A stretch of DNA of 64,000 bases from Clostridia bacterium (GTDB lineage: Bacteria; Bacillota; Clostridia; RGIG6154), in NCBI GenBank assembly GCA_045589295.1, contig JAZNOU010000021.1:4822-68821 (forward strand). Direction: 5' to 3'. This document shows positions 38,846 to 49,190 of this stretch, piece after piece. The notes below the pieces were generated by a model. The model saw only the letters and a program-made list of their open reading frames with translations. It did not search any database and had not been told where the DNA came from. The translations under genes and the position numbers were made by a program. How positions within the stretch are numbered: position 1 is the stretch's first letter; the number at the start of each line of letters is the position of its first letter.

Positions 38846-40330
38846 TTATTTGTGATATAATTTTTTCGTATGATATTGAGGCTCGCATGTTATATTAACT
38901 CCAAGCCTTTTAAAAACATTTTCATCTACACTTGATAAAATCACTGTCGAATGTAGCTCGCAACCACGCAAATTATCCAACTGCTTGATAGCAGACTGAG
39001 CATCAGCATTTGTAGCCCCACATATTGCAAGAGCAATCAAAATTTCATCTGAGTGAAGTCTTGGATTATGGTTTCCCATATATTTTGTTTTAAGCTCCTG
39101 TATCGGCTCAATTTCAGTAGGTGAAATAAGTTTTACATCGTGGTGAATACAAGCAAGTTCTTTTAAAGCATTCAATAGTGCAGCGGCAGATGCCCCCAAA
39201 AGTGAACTTGTCTTACCTGTGATAACTTTACCATCAGGAAGTTCAATCGCAACTGCAGGAAGTCCTGTGCTTTCTGCACGTTGCAACGCTTGTTTTACAA
39301 CAGGTCTGTCGGCTGAAGAAGTATGTGTCTGATTCATTAAAAGTTCAAGACGATAAATTTCTTCTTTATCTGCGCTTCCCTGTTTCTGAGCACATCTTGC
39401 GGCATAATATCTTCTTATAATTTCCTGCTTTGATGCTTCGCTTACCGCTTCGTCATCTGTAATGCAAAATCCAGCCATATTTACTCCCATATCTGTTGGA
39501 CTTTTATACGGCGATTCACCATTAATCTTTTCAAAAATCGCATTCAAAACAGGGAAAATTTCAATATCTCTGTTATAATTAACTGTTGTTTTTCCGTATG
39601 CTTCCAAGTGGAACGGATCAATCATATTTACATCATCTAGGTCAGCTGTTGCAGCCTCGTAAGCAAGATTAACGGGATGCTTGAGTGGTAAATTCCAAAC
39701 CGGGAATGTCTCAAATTTAGCATATCCTGCTTTTACATTCCTTCTGTTCTCGTGATAAAGTTGTGAAAGGCATGTAGCCATTTTGCCACTTCCAGGTCCA
39801 GGTGCAGTTACAACAACCAAAGACCTCTTGGTTTCAACATATTCGTTTTTACCAAAACCATCCTCACTTACAATAAGTGGAATGTTGGACGGATAGTCCG
39901 GTATAACATAGTGAATATACACCTTAATACCCATACTTTCAAGACGTTTTTTAAACAAATCCGCAGCACTTTGTGATTTGTACTGTGTAATAACAACACT
40001 ACCAACAAACAAACCAATTCCCCTGAAAGCATCAATTAATCTTAGGGTTTCAAGATCATAAGTAATTCCAAGGTCACCCCTGCGTTTATTCTTTTCAATC
40101 GCATCGGCACTTATAACTATGACAATTTCGGCCTCATCTTTTAATTCCAAAAGGAGTTTAACCTTACTGTCAGGTTGAAATCCAGGAAGAACACGTGCTG
40201 CATGATAATCGTCAAACAGTTTTCCACCAAATTCCAAATAAAGTTTACCACCAAATTTAGAAATTCTCTCCCTGATATTTTTCGACTGCAGTTCAAGGTA
40301 TTTTTCATTGTCAAAACCAATTTTTGTCAT
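38846..40330 (-). CDS. DUF1846/UPF0371-family protein
   Basis: 494 aa, the length and conserved N-terminus typical of the UPF0371 family. Strong promoter TTGCAC, 17 nt, TATAAT at 40369-40397. Confidence 0.6.
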   Translation of the reverse strand: MTKIGFDNEKYLELQSKNIRERISKFGGKLYLEFGGKLFDDYHAARVLPGFQPDSKVKLLLELKDEAEIVIVISADAIEKNKRRGDLGITYDLETLRLIDAFRGIGLFVGSVVITQYKSQSAADLFKKRLESMGIKVYIHYVIPDYPSNIPLIVSEDGFGKNEYVETKRSLVVVTAPGPGSGKMATCLSQLYHENRRNVKAGYAKFETFPVWNLPLKHPVNLAYEAATADLDDVNMIDPFHLEAYGKTTVNYNRDIEIFPVLNAIFEKINGESPYKSPTDMGVNMAGFCITDDEAVSEASKQEIIRRYYAARCAQKQGSADKEEIYRLELLMNQTHTSSADRPVVKQALQRAESTGLPAVAIELPDGKVITGKTSSLLGASAAALLNALKELACIHHDVKLISPTEIEPIQELKTKYMGNHNPRLHSDEILIALAICGATNADAQSAIKQLDNLRGCELHSTVILSSVDENVFKRLGVNITCEPQYHTKKLYHK

Positions 40331-40420
40331 AACATAAATCCCTTCAATAAAACAATTACTATCATAAAATTATACCACTATATTACAAATAGTGCAATAC
40401 ATAATTTGCTTTTTTAATAT

Positions 40421-41068
40421 TTATTTTATAAGTTTGCCACTACTGTTAATGTTAATATACATAGTTTTCGACTTTTCACATTTGCAAAGGGCATCAGTCT
40501 TTTCAACTATATTTTCTATCAGCTTGTCCGATAAATCAACTTTTTCGAATATTTCTGCACATACTTTGTCTGCATAAATAATCTCGCCTGTTGGTATGCC
40601 AAGCGTTGCAACCATATTTACAACTTTACCCCACACATTATAATCGCAAGAAACAATCACTTTATCACACAGGCACTTTGATATAATCTCTGCCTCATTT
40701 ATCACTTTTTTAACACTCTCAGAATATGCTCTTACCAGTCCGCCTGTTCCTAAAAGAGTTCCTCCAAAATATCTTGTTATTACAACTGCAACATTTAAAA
40801 GACCCGCCCCTTCTAAAACTTTTAATGACGGAACCCCCGAAGTTCCGGAGGGTTCACCGTCATCAGAATATCTTTTTATATTTTGTTCTGACAGGATATA
40901 TGCATAAACATTATGAGTTGCATCCCAATATTTCGCTCGCATCTCTTCAATAAAGGCAGTAGCTTCTTCCTGTGTCGATACCGGTCTTAAAGTTGCAATA
41001 AATTTAGATTTTTTATCAACATACTCAGCCACATACTCTGCCAGAACAGTTTTGTATTCTTTTATCAA
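40421..41068 (-). CDS. yigZ: YigZ/IMPACT-family protein
   Basis: UPF0029 N-terminal domain (RYSDDGEPSGTSG) plus C-terminal domain. TTG start with an AAAGGGTGA RBS. Confidence 0.8.
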   Translation of the reverse strand: MIKEYKTVLAEYVAEYVDKKSKFIATLRPVSTQEEATAFIEEMRAKYWDATHNVYAYILSEQNIKRYSDDGEPSGTSGVPSLKVLEGAGLLNVAVVITRYFGGTLLGTGGLVRAYSESVKKVINEAEIISKCLCDKVIVSCDYNVWGKVVNMVATLGIPTGEIIYADKVCAEIFEKVDLSDKLIENIVEKTDALCKCEKSKTMYININSSGKLIK

Positions 41069-41086
41069 AAAATCACCCTTTGTTAT

Positions 41087-41311
41087 TCAGATTTTAAAAA
41101 TACTTTTTAAAATCCTGCTCCAAAATTTAGACGGATTAACTACTACTATCTTCATAAACTCAACCCTTTCATTTTTTAAGCACAAAGCATCACACAACAC
41201 ACAAAGATCACCGCAGCACAGAGCAGGAATAAAATCCAACTCGCAGGCAGCAATATGTAAATAACAATGCCCGCCGCAAATCCTAAAACTGTGTAAAGCC
41301 ACCATTTGCAC
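41087..41311 (-). CDS. Hypothetical small Cys-rich protein (74 aa, 9 Cys), low confidence
   Basis: ATG start with a GAAGGTG RBS. It lies in a locally GC-rich patch and ends 17 nt before the yigZ RBS. There is no family signature. Confidence 0.25.
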   Translation of the reverse strand: MQMVALHSFRICGGHCYLHIAACELDFIPALCCGDLCVLCDALCLKNERVEFMKIVVVNPSKFWSRILKSIFKI

Positions 41312-41340
41312 CTTCTGAACATAATATCATTCCTCACAGA

Positions 41341-41386
41341 AAAAGAAGTGTCCTTCGCTATTATTATATTAAAGACACTTCTTTTT
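41341..41386. terminator. Rho-independent terminator after thiN (hairpin AAGAAGTGTC / GACACTTCTT)
   Basis: 10-bp stem, with T-runs on both strands. Confidence 0.7.
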
Positions 41387-41393
41387 GTGCAAA

Positions 41394-41993
41394 TTAAATA
41401 ACTGTTTTACATATAACAGCAAGCACTTTACCTGAATTTACAATAAGTTTTGCATTTTCAAGTGCTATATTACTTAACGTAAGGGTATCTCCTATTTTCA
41501 AATCCGCATTATAAAGCGGATATTTAAATCCTTCAAGAGAAATATTTGCTTTTTCATAAGGCAAAAAACTTATACTTTTGCCGATATAATTATTAAAATC
41601 AACTAAGTTATCACAATAAATAACCTTTACATCGGTTTCTTCAATAATCACTTTATTGTACTTAAACAAAAGATGTAAATTAAACATTTGATGATCGAGC
41701 CTTCCACCTAATGCACATGAAAGAACAATGTCATCCCCATAATGCTCTATTGCGTAATTAATAGCAATTTCCGCATCATTCAAATCTTTTTCTTTTGGGA
41801 AAACAACAGTTTTTATGTTTTTAGGCACAACACAAGAATCAAAGTCACCGACAACAATATCAGGTACGATTCCTGCATTTTGTGCATGAATATAGCCGCC
41901 ATCCGCACAGATAACTTTATCCACCTTTAAAGACAATTCTTTAAGGAAAGACAAACTTTCACACTTGCCATTTAAAATTATAAGTGTTTTCAT
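41394..41993 (-). CDS. thiN: Thiamine diphosphokinase
   Basis: TPK catalytic motifs (GDFDS, GGRLDH), 199 aa. Confidence 0.88.
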   Translation of the reverse strand: MKTLIILNGKCESLSFLKELSLKVDKVICADGGYIHAQNAGIVPDIVVGDFDSCVVPKNIKTVVFPKEKDLNDAEIAINYAIEHYGDDIVLSCALGGRLDHQMFNLHLLFKYNKVIIEETDVKVIYCDNLVDFNNYIGKSISFLPYEKANISLEGFKYPLYNADLKIGDTLTLSNIALENAKLIVNSGKVLAVICKTVI

Positions 41994-41994
41994 A

Positions 41995-42630
41995 TTATCT
42001 CTCTTTAATAGCTTTCACAACTGCACTCGGATCTTTGGCGTTAAAAACAGTGCTTCCTGCAACAATAATATTTGCACCTGCTTCAATGACATTATCCAAA
42101 TTATCAAGTTTAACTCCGCCATCGATTTCAATATCAAGCTCAGGATAATTTTTACGCAAAAATTTAATTTTATCAAGACAATCTTCAATAAGTGACTGTC
42201 CCCCAAATCCCGGATTAACAGTCATAATTAAAACCATATCAACATCATCTATGTACGGAAGCAAAACCTCCACAGGTGTAGGCGGATTTATAGTAATACC
42301 AACCTTAACACCCAAATCCTTAATTTGTTTTATAAGTGCATTCATATCATTGGTTGTTTCATAATGAACAGTAATAATATCAGCACCGCTATTTACAAAA
42401 CTGTCAACATATTTTTCGGGATTTTCTATCATAAGATGCACATCAAACACTGCTTTTGAATGGGGTCTTAAACTTGAAACTACACAAGGACCTAATGTCA
42501 GATTAGGAACAAAATGCCCATCCATAACATCAATATGAATATACTCACTTCCCGCGTTTTCCACCATTTGCACTTGGTCTTTAAGCTGTGAAAAATCAGC
42601 AGATAATATTGATGGTGCTACAATTGCCAT
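41995..42630 (-). CDS. rpe: Ribulose-phosphate 3-epimerase
   Basis: PSILSADF…HIDVMDGHFVPN signature. Confidence 0.95.
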   Translation of the reverse strand: MAIVAPSILSADFSQLKDQVQMVENAGSEYIHIDVMDGHFVPNLTLGPCVVSSLRPHSKAVFDVHLMIENPEKYVDSFVNSGADIITVHYETTNDMNALIKQIKDLGVKVGITINPPTPVEVLLPYIDDVDMVLIMTVNPGFGGQSLIEDCLDKIKFLRKNYPELDIEIDGGVKLDNLDNVIEAGANIIVAGSTVFNAKDPSAVVKAIKER

Positions 42631-42646
42631 AAACTATTCCTCTTTC

Positions 42647-43519
42647 TTACATAAACTTTTCTTTTTTATCACATGCTTCTTCAAACAATGATACATAACT
42701 TTCGTATCTACTTTTTTCAATTTTTCCTTCTTCGGCAAGTTTTTTAACTATACACCCCGGTTCGTTAATGTGTGTGCAACCGGAAAATTTACACTGTCCA
42801 AAATACTGTTCAAACTCTTTGAAACAAAACGCAAGCTCGTTTTTATCGATTTCAGACAAGTCAACAACACTAAAACCTGGGGTATCCGCAATAAAGCCTC
42901 CAAACTTAAGTGGCAGAAGTGTCGCATGAGTAGTCGTATGTTTGCCGCGCTTGATTTTACCTACTTCACCTGTAGTCCGAGCAAAATTTTCATCCAACAT
43001 ATTAATCAGGCTTGACTTTCCAACGCCGGAACATCCTGCAAAAGCTGAAACTTTGCCCTTTAAAACATCTTTAAGTGGTGTAATATCAGTTTTACCGTCT
43101 ACCGTAGAAGTTACAGTCACATTATAGCCTGCATTGGTATAAACCCTTTGTATCTCTGCATAATCCGCAAGATCTGATTTATTGATACAAATACTGACAT
43201 CAAAATTATTGTACTCTAAAAGCCCAAGCAGTTTATCAGTTTGCTTATAATTCGGGGACGGTTCTGCTGCTGCAATTACAACAATAATCTGGTCAACATT
43301 TGCTACTGCAGGACGTATTAAACTGTTTTTGCGTGGCAGAACTCCTGTAATTGCATAAGTTCCGCTTTGTTCTTCAACAGTTACAATATCTCCAATCAAA
43401 AGTCTGATATTCTCTTTTTTTATTCTACCTCTTGCACGGGCTTCGTAAGTCTTCCCGTCGATCATAACGTAATAGAAACTACCAAACCCGTTAATCAATA
43501 ATCCTCTTTTTTCACTCAT
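42647..43519 (-). CDS. rsgA: Ribosome small subunit-dependent GTPase A
   Basis: Circularly permuted GTPase with GCSGVGKSSLIN, and a C-terminal Zn ribbon. Confidence 0.92.
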   Translation of the reverse strand: MSEKRGLLINGFGSFYYVMIDGKTYEARARGRIKKENIRLLIGDIVTVEEQSGTYAITGVLPRKNSLIRPAVANVDQIIVVIAAAEPSPNYKQTDKLLGLLEYNNFDVSICINKSDLADYAEIQRVYTNAGYNVTVTSTVDGKTDITPLKDVLKGKVSAFAGCSGVGKSSLINMLDENFARTTGEVGKIKRGKHTTTHATLLPLKFGGFIADTPGFSVVDLSEIDKNELAFCFKEFEQYFGQCKFSGCTHINEPGCIVKKLAEEGKIEKSRYESYVSLFEEACDKKEKFM

Positions 43520-45471
43520 TAGAATTTAATCGTCTTTTCAGTTACCTTCTGGTCATCTATATATGCAACCACTACTACATTTCCGCTACCTGAAACAGGA
43601 ACGCTTATTGCACCTTCAGAAGTCTTATGTGTTCCTGTATAAACCGTCTTACCATTTGCAGTTACTTTTACACTTGCTTGCTCTTTGTCCTGAGGAAGCA
43701 TAACAGTAACCTCTTTGGTAACTGTAGGCTTATTCGTGTGACCAGACTGGTTATTTTCAGGTGTTGAAATTTCATCATCACCAATTCCTACAGTAATGGT
43801 AACTGTAGTTTTTTCGGTAACCTGTGTCTGCGATGCAATAGACTGTCTGATTACTTTACCTTTTTCAGATATTTTTGACTTTTCATATACAACTTTAGAG
43901 TTAAGGTTAACCACTGATAACTCACGTTTTGCCTCATCTTCGTCAAGTCCGATAAGTGCAGGAACAACAGGTAGAGGTTCTTCTTCACCAGAACTTACAA
44001 CCAAGTTAACAATATCCACTCCTACCTTTACATTCTTCTTTGCACGTGGTTCAGTCTCTATAACAGTATTTTCTGGTATTGAAGAGTCGGTTTTATATTC
44101 AACTGAATATAAAATATCCATATCTTCAAGTTTGTTTTGCGCTTGTCGGTAGTCCATATTTACCAAGTCAGGCATTTTAACAACTTCTGCTCCTTTACTT
44201 ACAATAACAGAAATCGTATAAGATGTTTTTATAACTGTTCCCTCTTTGGGATCCTGATCTATGATAACGCCTTCATCATAGTCAGCTGAATACTCAGAGC
44301 TTTCTTCTTTAAACTTCAGATTTTTATATATTTCTTTTGCTTTATCAAAGTCAACACCTATTAAATCGGGAACTTCAACTTCACCCTTGTTACTACCCGA
44401 CCATGGCATAGTTCCCGGGAACATAACAGCAATAACAACAAACGCCAAAATAGCTACAACAAGCACAGACGCACCTATTCCTGCCAACACCGCAACTTTA
44501 TCCTCCTTCTGTTGCTGAGCAGTTTTAATTGGTTTCTTTGCTTTTTTACTCGTTTTAGCAGTAGTTTTTTTCATACCTTCTTCAACAGCTCCCACGTCTA
44601 TTTTTTTTGTTCTATACAACTCTTCCTGCTGAAGCTTTTCAGCTCTGTCACCTTCCATTTGCATTACCCATTTAAGTTCAATAAGCATTTCGCCTGCAGA
44701 CTGAAATCTTTCACTTTGGTTTTTTTGCATTGCCTTTAATACTATTTCTTCAACCTCTTTAGGAATAGTAGCAACAATTTCACAAGGGGCTACCGCATCT
44801 TCCTGCATATGCTTTAATGCAACAGAAACAGAGTTGTCACTTTCAAACGGAAGCTTACCCGTAAGCATTTCATACATTACAACACCAAGAGAGTATACAT
44901 CGGATTTTTCATCTGTGTACCCACCTCTTGCCTGTTCAGGCGAACAGTAATGAACAGACCCCATTGCACTGTCTTCCACTTTCATTGTAAAAGAAGACAC
45001 GGCTCTGGCAATACCAAAATCTGTAACCTTTAAAACATCATCTTTTGTGACCAAAATATTTTGAGGTTTGATATCACGATGAACAATTCCTTTTCTATGA
45101 GCATGCTGAAGTGCGCATGCAATCTGTGTTGCAAAATCAACAGCTTTTTCCCAGGTAAGTACTCCGTTTTGAGCCAGGTATTCTTTAAGCGTTATACCTT
45201 CAACATATTCCATAACAATGTAATGTATGTCACCTTCGCTGCCAATATCATATACCGACACAATATTATTGTGCGAAAGACCAGCTGCTGCCTGAGACTC
45301 AACATTAAATCTTTTTAAAAACTCCTCATCGTTTTTAAATTCGTCTTTTAAGACCTTAATGGCAACATACCTGTTGAGATATGTACACTTTGCTTTATAT
45401 ACATTGGCCATTCCGCCAATACCGATAATTTCTAATATTTCATATCTGCCTGAAAGAAGTTTTCCTGTCAT
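43519..45471 (-). CDS. prkC: Ser/Thr protein kinase PrkC with PASTA repeats
   Basis: Hanks kinase motifs (VAIK, HRDIKPQN, DFG), a TM segment and three C-terminal PASTA domains. Confidence 0.92.
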   Translation of the reverse strand: MTGKLLSGRYEILEIIGIGGMANVYKAKCTYLNRYVAIKVLKDEFKNDEEFLKRFNVESQAAAGLSHNNIVSVYDIGSEGDIHYIVMEYVEGITLKEYLAQNGVLTWEKAVDFATQIACALQHAHRKGIVHRDIKPQNILVTKDDVLKVTDFGIARAVSSFTMKVEDSAMGSVHYCSPEQARGGYTDEKSDVYSLGVVMYEMLTGKLPFESDNSVSVALKHMQEDAVAPCEIVATIPKEVEEIVLKAMQKNQSERFQSAGEMLIELKWVMQMEGDRAEKLQQEELYRTKKIDVGAVEEGMKKTTAKTSKKAKKPIKTAQQQKEDKVAVLAGIGASVLVVAILAFVVIAVMFPGTMPWSGSNKGEVEVPDLIGVDFDKAKEIYKNLKFKEESSEYSADYDEGVIIDQDPKEGTVIKTSYTISVIVSKGAEVVKMPDLVNMDYRQAQNKLEDMDILYSVEYKTDSSIPENTVIETEPRAKKNVKVGVDIVNLVVSSGEEEPLPVVPALIGLDEDEAKRELSVVNLNSKVVYEKSKISEKGKVIRQSIASQTQVTEKTTVTITVGIGDDEISTPENNQSGHTNKPTVTKEVTVMLPQDKEQASVKVTANGKTVYTGTHKTSEGAISVPVSGSGNVVVVAYIDDQKVTEKTIKF

Positions 45472-45490
45472 TTTTATATCCTCCGTTTAC

Positions 45491-46189
45491 TCAGAATTTG
45501 ACTATAACAGCCGTAATGTTGTCAGTGCTGCCTTTTTTATATGCCTCATCTACAAGAGTCTTTACCACTACTTCAACACTACTGTCTTGCATCACAATTT
45601 CTCTTATATCTTTATCGGACATCACTCCACTTAACCCGTCACTGCACAAAACAAGTACATCTCCTTTTTTTATAGTTAACTTAAATGTGTCCACCTTTAA
45701 TTCTTCTTCACAACCAACCGCACGGAGAAGTATGTTTTTATCAGCCCTGCTTTCGGCTTCTTCAGGGGTTATTTTGCCTGAATCTACCAAGGTTTGGACA
45801 TAAGAATGGTCTGTTGTTATCTGATTAACTCTATTCTTTGAGCACAAATAACATCTGCTATCACCAACATTTGCAATATATACTTCCTTTTTATCCCATG
45901 CACACATCACAACGGTTGTTCCCATATCGCTCATATCTTTTTCCGATGCAGCTTTTTGCAGGATAAATTTATTTGCAAGCGTTATGGCATCAGCGAGATT
46001 TTTTTCATTAAACTCTGTCAAATTATTCAAATAATCTTTGATATGCTCTACAGCCATATTACTTGCAACTTCACCCTTACTGTGACCGCCCATGCCGTCA
46101 GCTACGATTGAAAAGTTGTCGCAAACCAAAAAACTATCTTCATTATTTTCTCTTCTGCCTTTGTGGGTATATCCCGCAGCTATAACCAT
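45491..46189 (-). CDS. prpC: PP2C-family Ser/Thr phosphatase Stp/PrpC
   Basis: PP2C metal-binding motifs (DGMGGH, DG). Confidence 0.9.
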   Translation of the reverse strand: MVIAAGYTHKGRRENNEDSFLVCDNFSIVADGMGGHSKGEVASNMAVEHIKDYLNNLTEFNEKNLADAITLANKFILQKAASEKDMSDMGTTVVMCAWDKKEVYIANVGDSRCYLCSKNRVNQITTDHSYVQTLVDSGKITPEEAESRADKNILLRAVGCEEELKVDTFKLTIKKGDVLVLCSDGLSGVMSDKDIREIVMQDSSVEVVVKTLVDEAYKKGSTDNITAVIVKF

Positions 46190-46218
46190 TTTAATTACCC
46201 CTTTGTGTTTACACCTTT

Positions 46219-47250
46219 TTATTTTTCCTGTTCATGTCTTCGTCGTAATTGTCCGCAAGATGCATCTATATCACTGCCTAGTTCACGTCTAACTGTAGTC
46301 GTAACACCATTTTGTTCCAAAACCGTTCTAAATGCAAGAATATCCTCAGGTGAACTTTTTACAAATCCAGTTTCTCTTACACTGTTAACCGGTATCAAAT
46401 TTATATGGCACAACATACCTTTAACAAGTTTTAACAATATTTTCGCAGTTTGCACGGAGTCGTTTACTCCACTTATCAACGAGTATTCAAATGTTACTCT
46501 TCTGTTTGTTTTTTTAATATAGTAGTCTAGTGCATCAAACAACTGTTCCAAATTGTACTTTTTATTAACAGGCATAATTTTACTTCGCATTTCATCATTT
46601 GGTGCGTGAAGCGAAACCGATAATGTAACAGGAAGTCCCTCATCTGCAAGCAGTTTAATTTTAGGTACAATCCCACAAGTGGAAAGCGCAATATGTCTTG
46701 CACCAATATTCATTCCTGCATGATGATTGATATTCCTGATAAACTTAGTCACATTTTCATAATTATCAAGAGGCTCTCCCATACCCATAAGTACAATATT
46801 TGAGATTGTAACTCCACTGTCCTTTGCTGCAAAAATTACCTGATCGGCAATTTCACCTGCGGTAAGATCACGTACTTTACCGCCTAAAGTAGAAGCACAA
46901 AACTTACAGCCCATATTACATCCAACCTGAGTTGATATACATATCGGATGACCATGCTTATACTCCATCAAAACACTTTCTATCGTTTCTCCATCCATAA
47001 GCTTAAACAAATACTTTATGGTAGCATCTTTAGAAACCTGTTTTCTTAAAATTTCCAACTTGGTGATAACGCAAGTACTGTCTAGCTTATCTCTTAATTC
47101 TTTTGAAAGATTTGTCATTTCATCAAAAGATTCTACGCCTTTATAAAGCCATTCATACACTTGTTTTGCGCGGTACTTCTTTTCCCCGATAGACAAAAAA
47201 TATTCAGTTAGTTCATCAAAGGTAAAATCCTTTAATCTCACTTTTTCCAT
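46219..47250 (-). CDS. rlmN: 23S rRNA/tRNA (adenine-C2)-methyltransferase RlmN
   Basis: Radical-SAM motif CNMGCKFC. Confidence 0.93.
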   Translation of the reverse strand: MEKVRLKDFTFDELTEYFLSIGEKKYRAKQVYEWLYKGVESFDEMTNLSKELRDKLDSTCVITKLEILRKQVSKDATIKYLFKLMDGETIESVLMEYKHGHPICISTQVGCNMGCKFCASTLGGKVRDLTAGEIADQVIFAAKDSGVTISNIVLMGMGEPLDNYENVTKFIRNINHHAGMNIGARHIALSTCGIVPKIKLLADEGLPVTLSVSLHAPNDEMRSKIMPVNKKYNLEQLFDALDYYIKKTNRRVTFEYSLISGVNDSVQTAKILLKLVKGMLCHINLIPVNSVRETGFVKSSPEDILAFRTVLEQNGVTTTVRRELGSDIDASCGQLRRRHEQEK

Positions 47251-47251
47251 A

Positions 47252-48517
47252 TCAAATTCCCTTTACAATTTTGCACATATAAAATCCATCATGAAACTCC
47301 GACGGTAAAAGTTGAACTTCTTTTTCTTTTGAAAGTCCATCGCATTCATTTATAACTCGCTCAACAACACAAGAGTTTTCTTTACTGTTAATTGTACAGG
47401 TGCTATAAACAAGTTGTCCGCCTTTTTTTAAATATTTAATGCAATTTTTAAGTATATTGTACTGCAAATTACTAAGCGCCTCAAAATCTTGCTGAGCCCA
47501 CTTTATGTCAGGCTTTTTGGAAATAACTCCCAAACCTGAACATGGTGCGTCAACAAGAATTTTATCAAATTTTTCTTCAAAATCAGGATTAAAAATCTCT
47601 CCGTCATTTACTTTTGTTTCAATTATAGTTATACCAAGGCGATTTGCAGTATTTTCAATCAACTTTGTTCTATGAGAATGCAAATCACAAGACACAATTT
47701 TGCCTTTGTTTTGCATAAGTTGTGCCATGTAACATGATTTGCCTCCAGGGGCAGCGCAGATATCAAGCACAGTTTCGTTTGACTCAGGTTTAAGCAACTC
47801 TGCCGCCAAAGCTGAAGCCTTATCCTGTATGGTAAACAGTCCATCGTCAAAACCTTCTATTTTTATGTGCGCAAAATTTTTAATAATAAACACATTTTCA
47901 TCATCAACAAACTCTGCTTTACTTTTTTCCAGTATTTCTAAAAAGCTTTCTTTGCTGATTTTCAGTAGATTAGGACGCACAGAAATACCTTTGTTGATAT
48001 TTGACAGTCTCATTATTTCTTCTGCTTTTTCAAAACCGTAGTCGTTTACAAATATTTCGGCAATCTCTTTTGGAAAAGAAAATCTTACCATTAAATTCTG
48101 CATTTGATCCTCAGGGTATAAAATCTTCCCTTTTTGCCTTGAAACATTTCGTAAAATTGCGTTTATAAATCCCTTAGCACCGCTATTTGTATACTTATTA
48201 GCAAGTTTTACACTCTCATTACACGCCGCTGAATCTGGAATTTTATCAAGATACATTATTTGGTATATTCCAAGTCTTAAAATATTTTTAACGCTGTCCG
48301 AAAGTTTATTTTCCTTAATTTTTGAAAAAAGATTTCTTATATAATCAAGATTGTTTCTGTATCTCACAACACCATAAATAAGTTCGGTAGCAAGAGCTTT
48401 TTCAGAAGCATCCAGAGGTGACAACGCCTTTTTAAGTTCAAGATTAATATACGTTTTATCTTTTTCGTATTTATTTAAAACATTTAAAGCTAGTTCTCTT
48501 GCATTCATATCAATCAT
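47252..48517 (-). CDS. rsmB: 16S rRNA (cytosine967-C5)-methyltransferase RsmB
   Basis: NusB-like N-terminus, SAM motif DICAAPGGKS and catalytic PCSG/TC motifs. Confidence 0.9.
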   Translation of the reverse strand: MIDMNARELALNVLNKYEKDKTYINLELKKALSPLDASEKALATELIYGVVRYRNNLDYIRNLFSKIKENKLSDSVKNILRLGIYQIMYLDKIPDSAACNESVKLANKYTNSGAKGFINAILRNVSRQKGKILYPEDQMQNLMVRFSFPKEIAEIFVNDYGFEKAEEIMRLSNINKGISVRPNLLKISKESFLEILEKSKAEFVDDENVFIIKNFAHIKIEGFDDGLFTIQDKASALAAELLKPESNETVLDICAAPGGKSCYMAQLMQNKGKIVSCDLHSHRTKLIENTANRLGITIIETKVNDGEIFNPDFEEKFDKILVDAPCSGLGVISKKPDIKWAQQDFEALSNLQYNILKNCIKYLKKGGQLVYSTCTINSKENSCVVERVINECDGLSKEKEVQLLPSEFHDGFYMCKIVKGI

Positions 48518-49190
48518 TTCTTCTTGCCAAGCCCAAAAGTCTTATAAGGTTTGCAAGCGCAACTATTGTTGCAGCAACATATGTCATTGCCGCAGCAGAT
48601 AACACATTTTTTGCACCTTTAAGTTCATCATCTGTTAAAATATATTGCTCCTCCATAACTGCCACAGCACGTCTGCTTGCGTTAAATTCAACAGGCAGTG
48701 TAACAATCTGAAAAAGTACAACTGCTGAAAAAAGAATTATTCCAAAATTAATCAGTGTGTCAAACGACATAATTATTCCTAAAATTACCAACGGAAATGC
48801 AAGAGTTGAGCCTAAGTTTGCAACAGGCAAAACGGCATTTCGCATTTTTATAGGCAAATATCCTTTGTTATGTTGTATTGCGTGTCCTGTTTCATGCGCC
48901 GCAACACCAAGTGCAGCAACAGATGTAGAGGAATAAACACCATCAGAAAGTCTAATCACCTTTGTTCTTGGGTCAAAATGATCAGTAAGATTTCCTGAAA
49001 CTCTTTCAATTGCTACATCATAAATTCCATACAAATCTAATATTTTCTGTGCAACTTGAGCACCAGTTATTCCTCTGTGGTTTATCACTTTACTGTATTT
49101 GCTAAATGTAGAAGTAACTCTACTTTGTGCAATCATTGCAATAATAATTGCAGGAAGAACATAAATTAAATATCCTGTATCGAAGTACAT
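48510..49190 (-). CDS. Membrane zinc metallopeptidase (YugP/PF04298-like)
   Basis: HETGHAIQH zinc-binding motif in a membrane protein, in the conserved position between fmt and rsmB. Confidence 0.75.
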   Translation of the reverse strand: MYFDTGYLIYVLPAIIIAMIAQSRVTSTFSKYSKVINHRGITGAQVAQKILDLYGIYDVAIERVSGNLTDHFDPRTKVIRLSDGVYSSTSVAALGVAAHETGHAIQHNKGYLPIKMRNAVLPVANLGSTLAFPLVILGIIMSFDTLINFGIILFSAVVLFQIVTLPVEFNASRRAVAVMEEQYILTDDELKGAKNVLSAAAMTYVAATIVALANLIRLLGLARRND

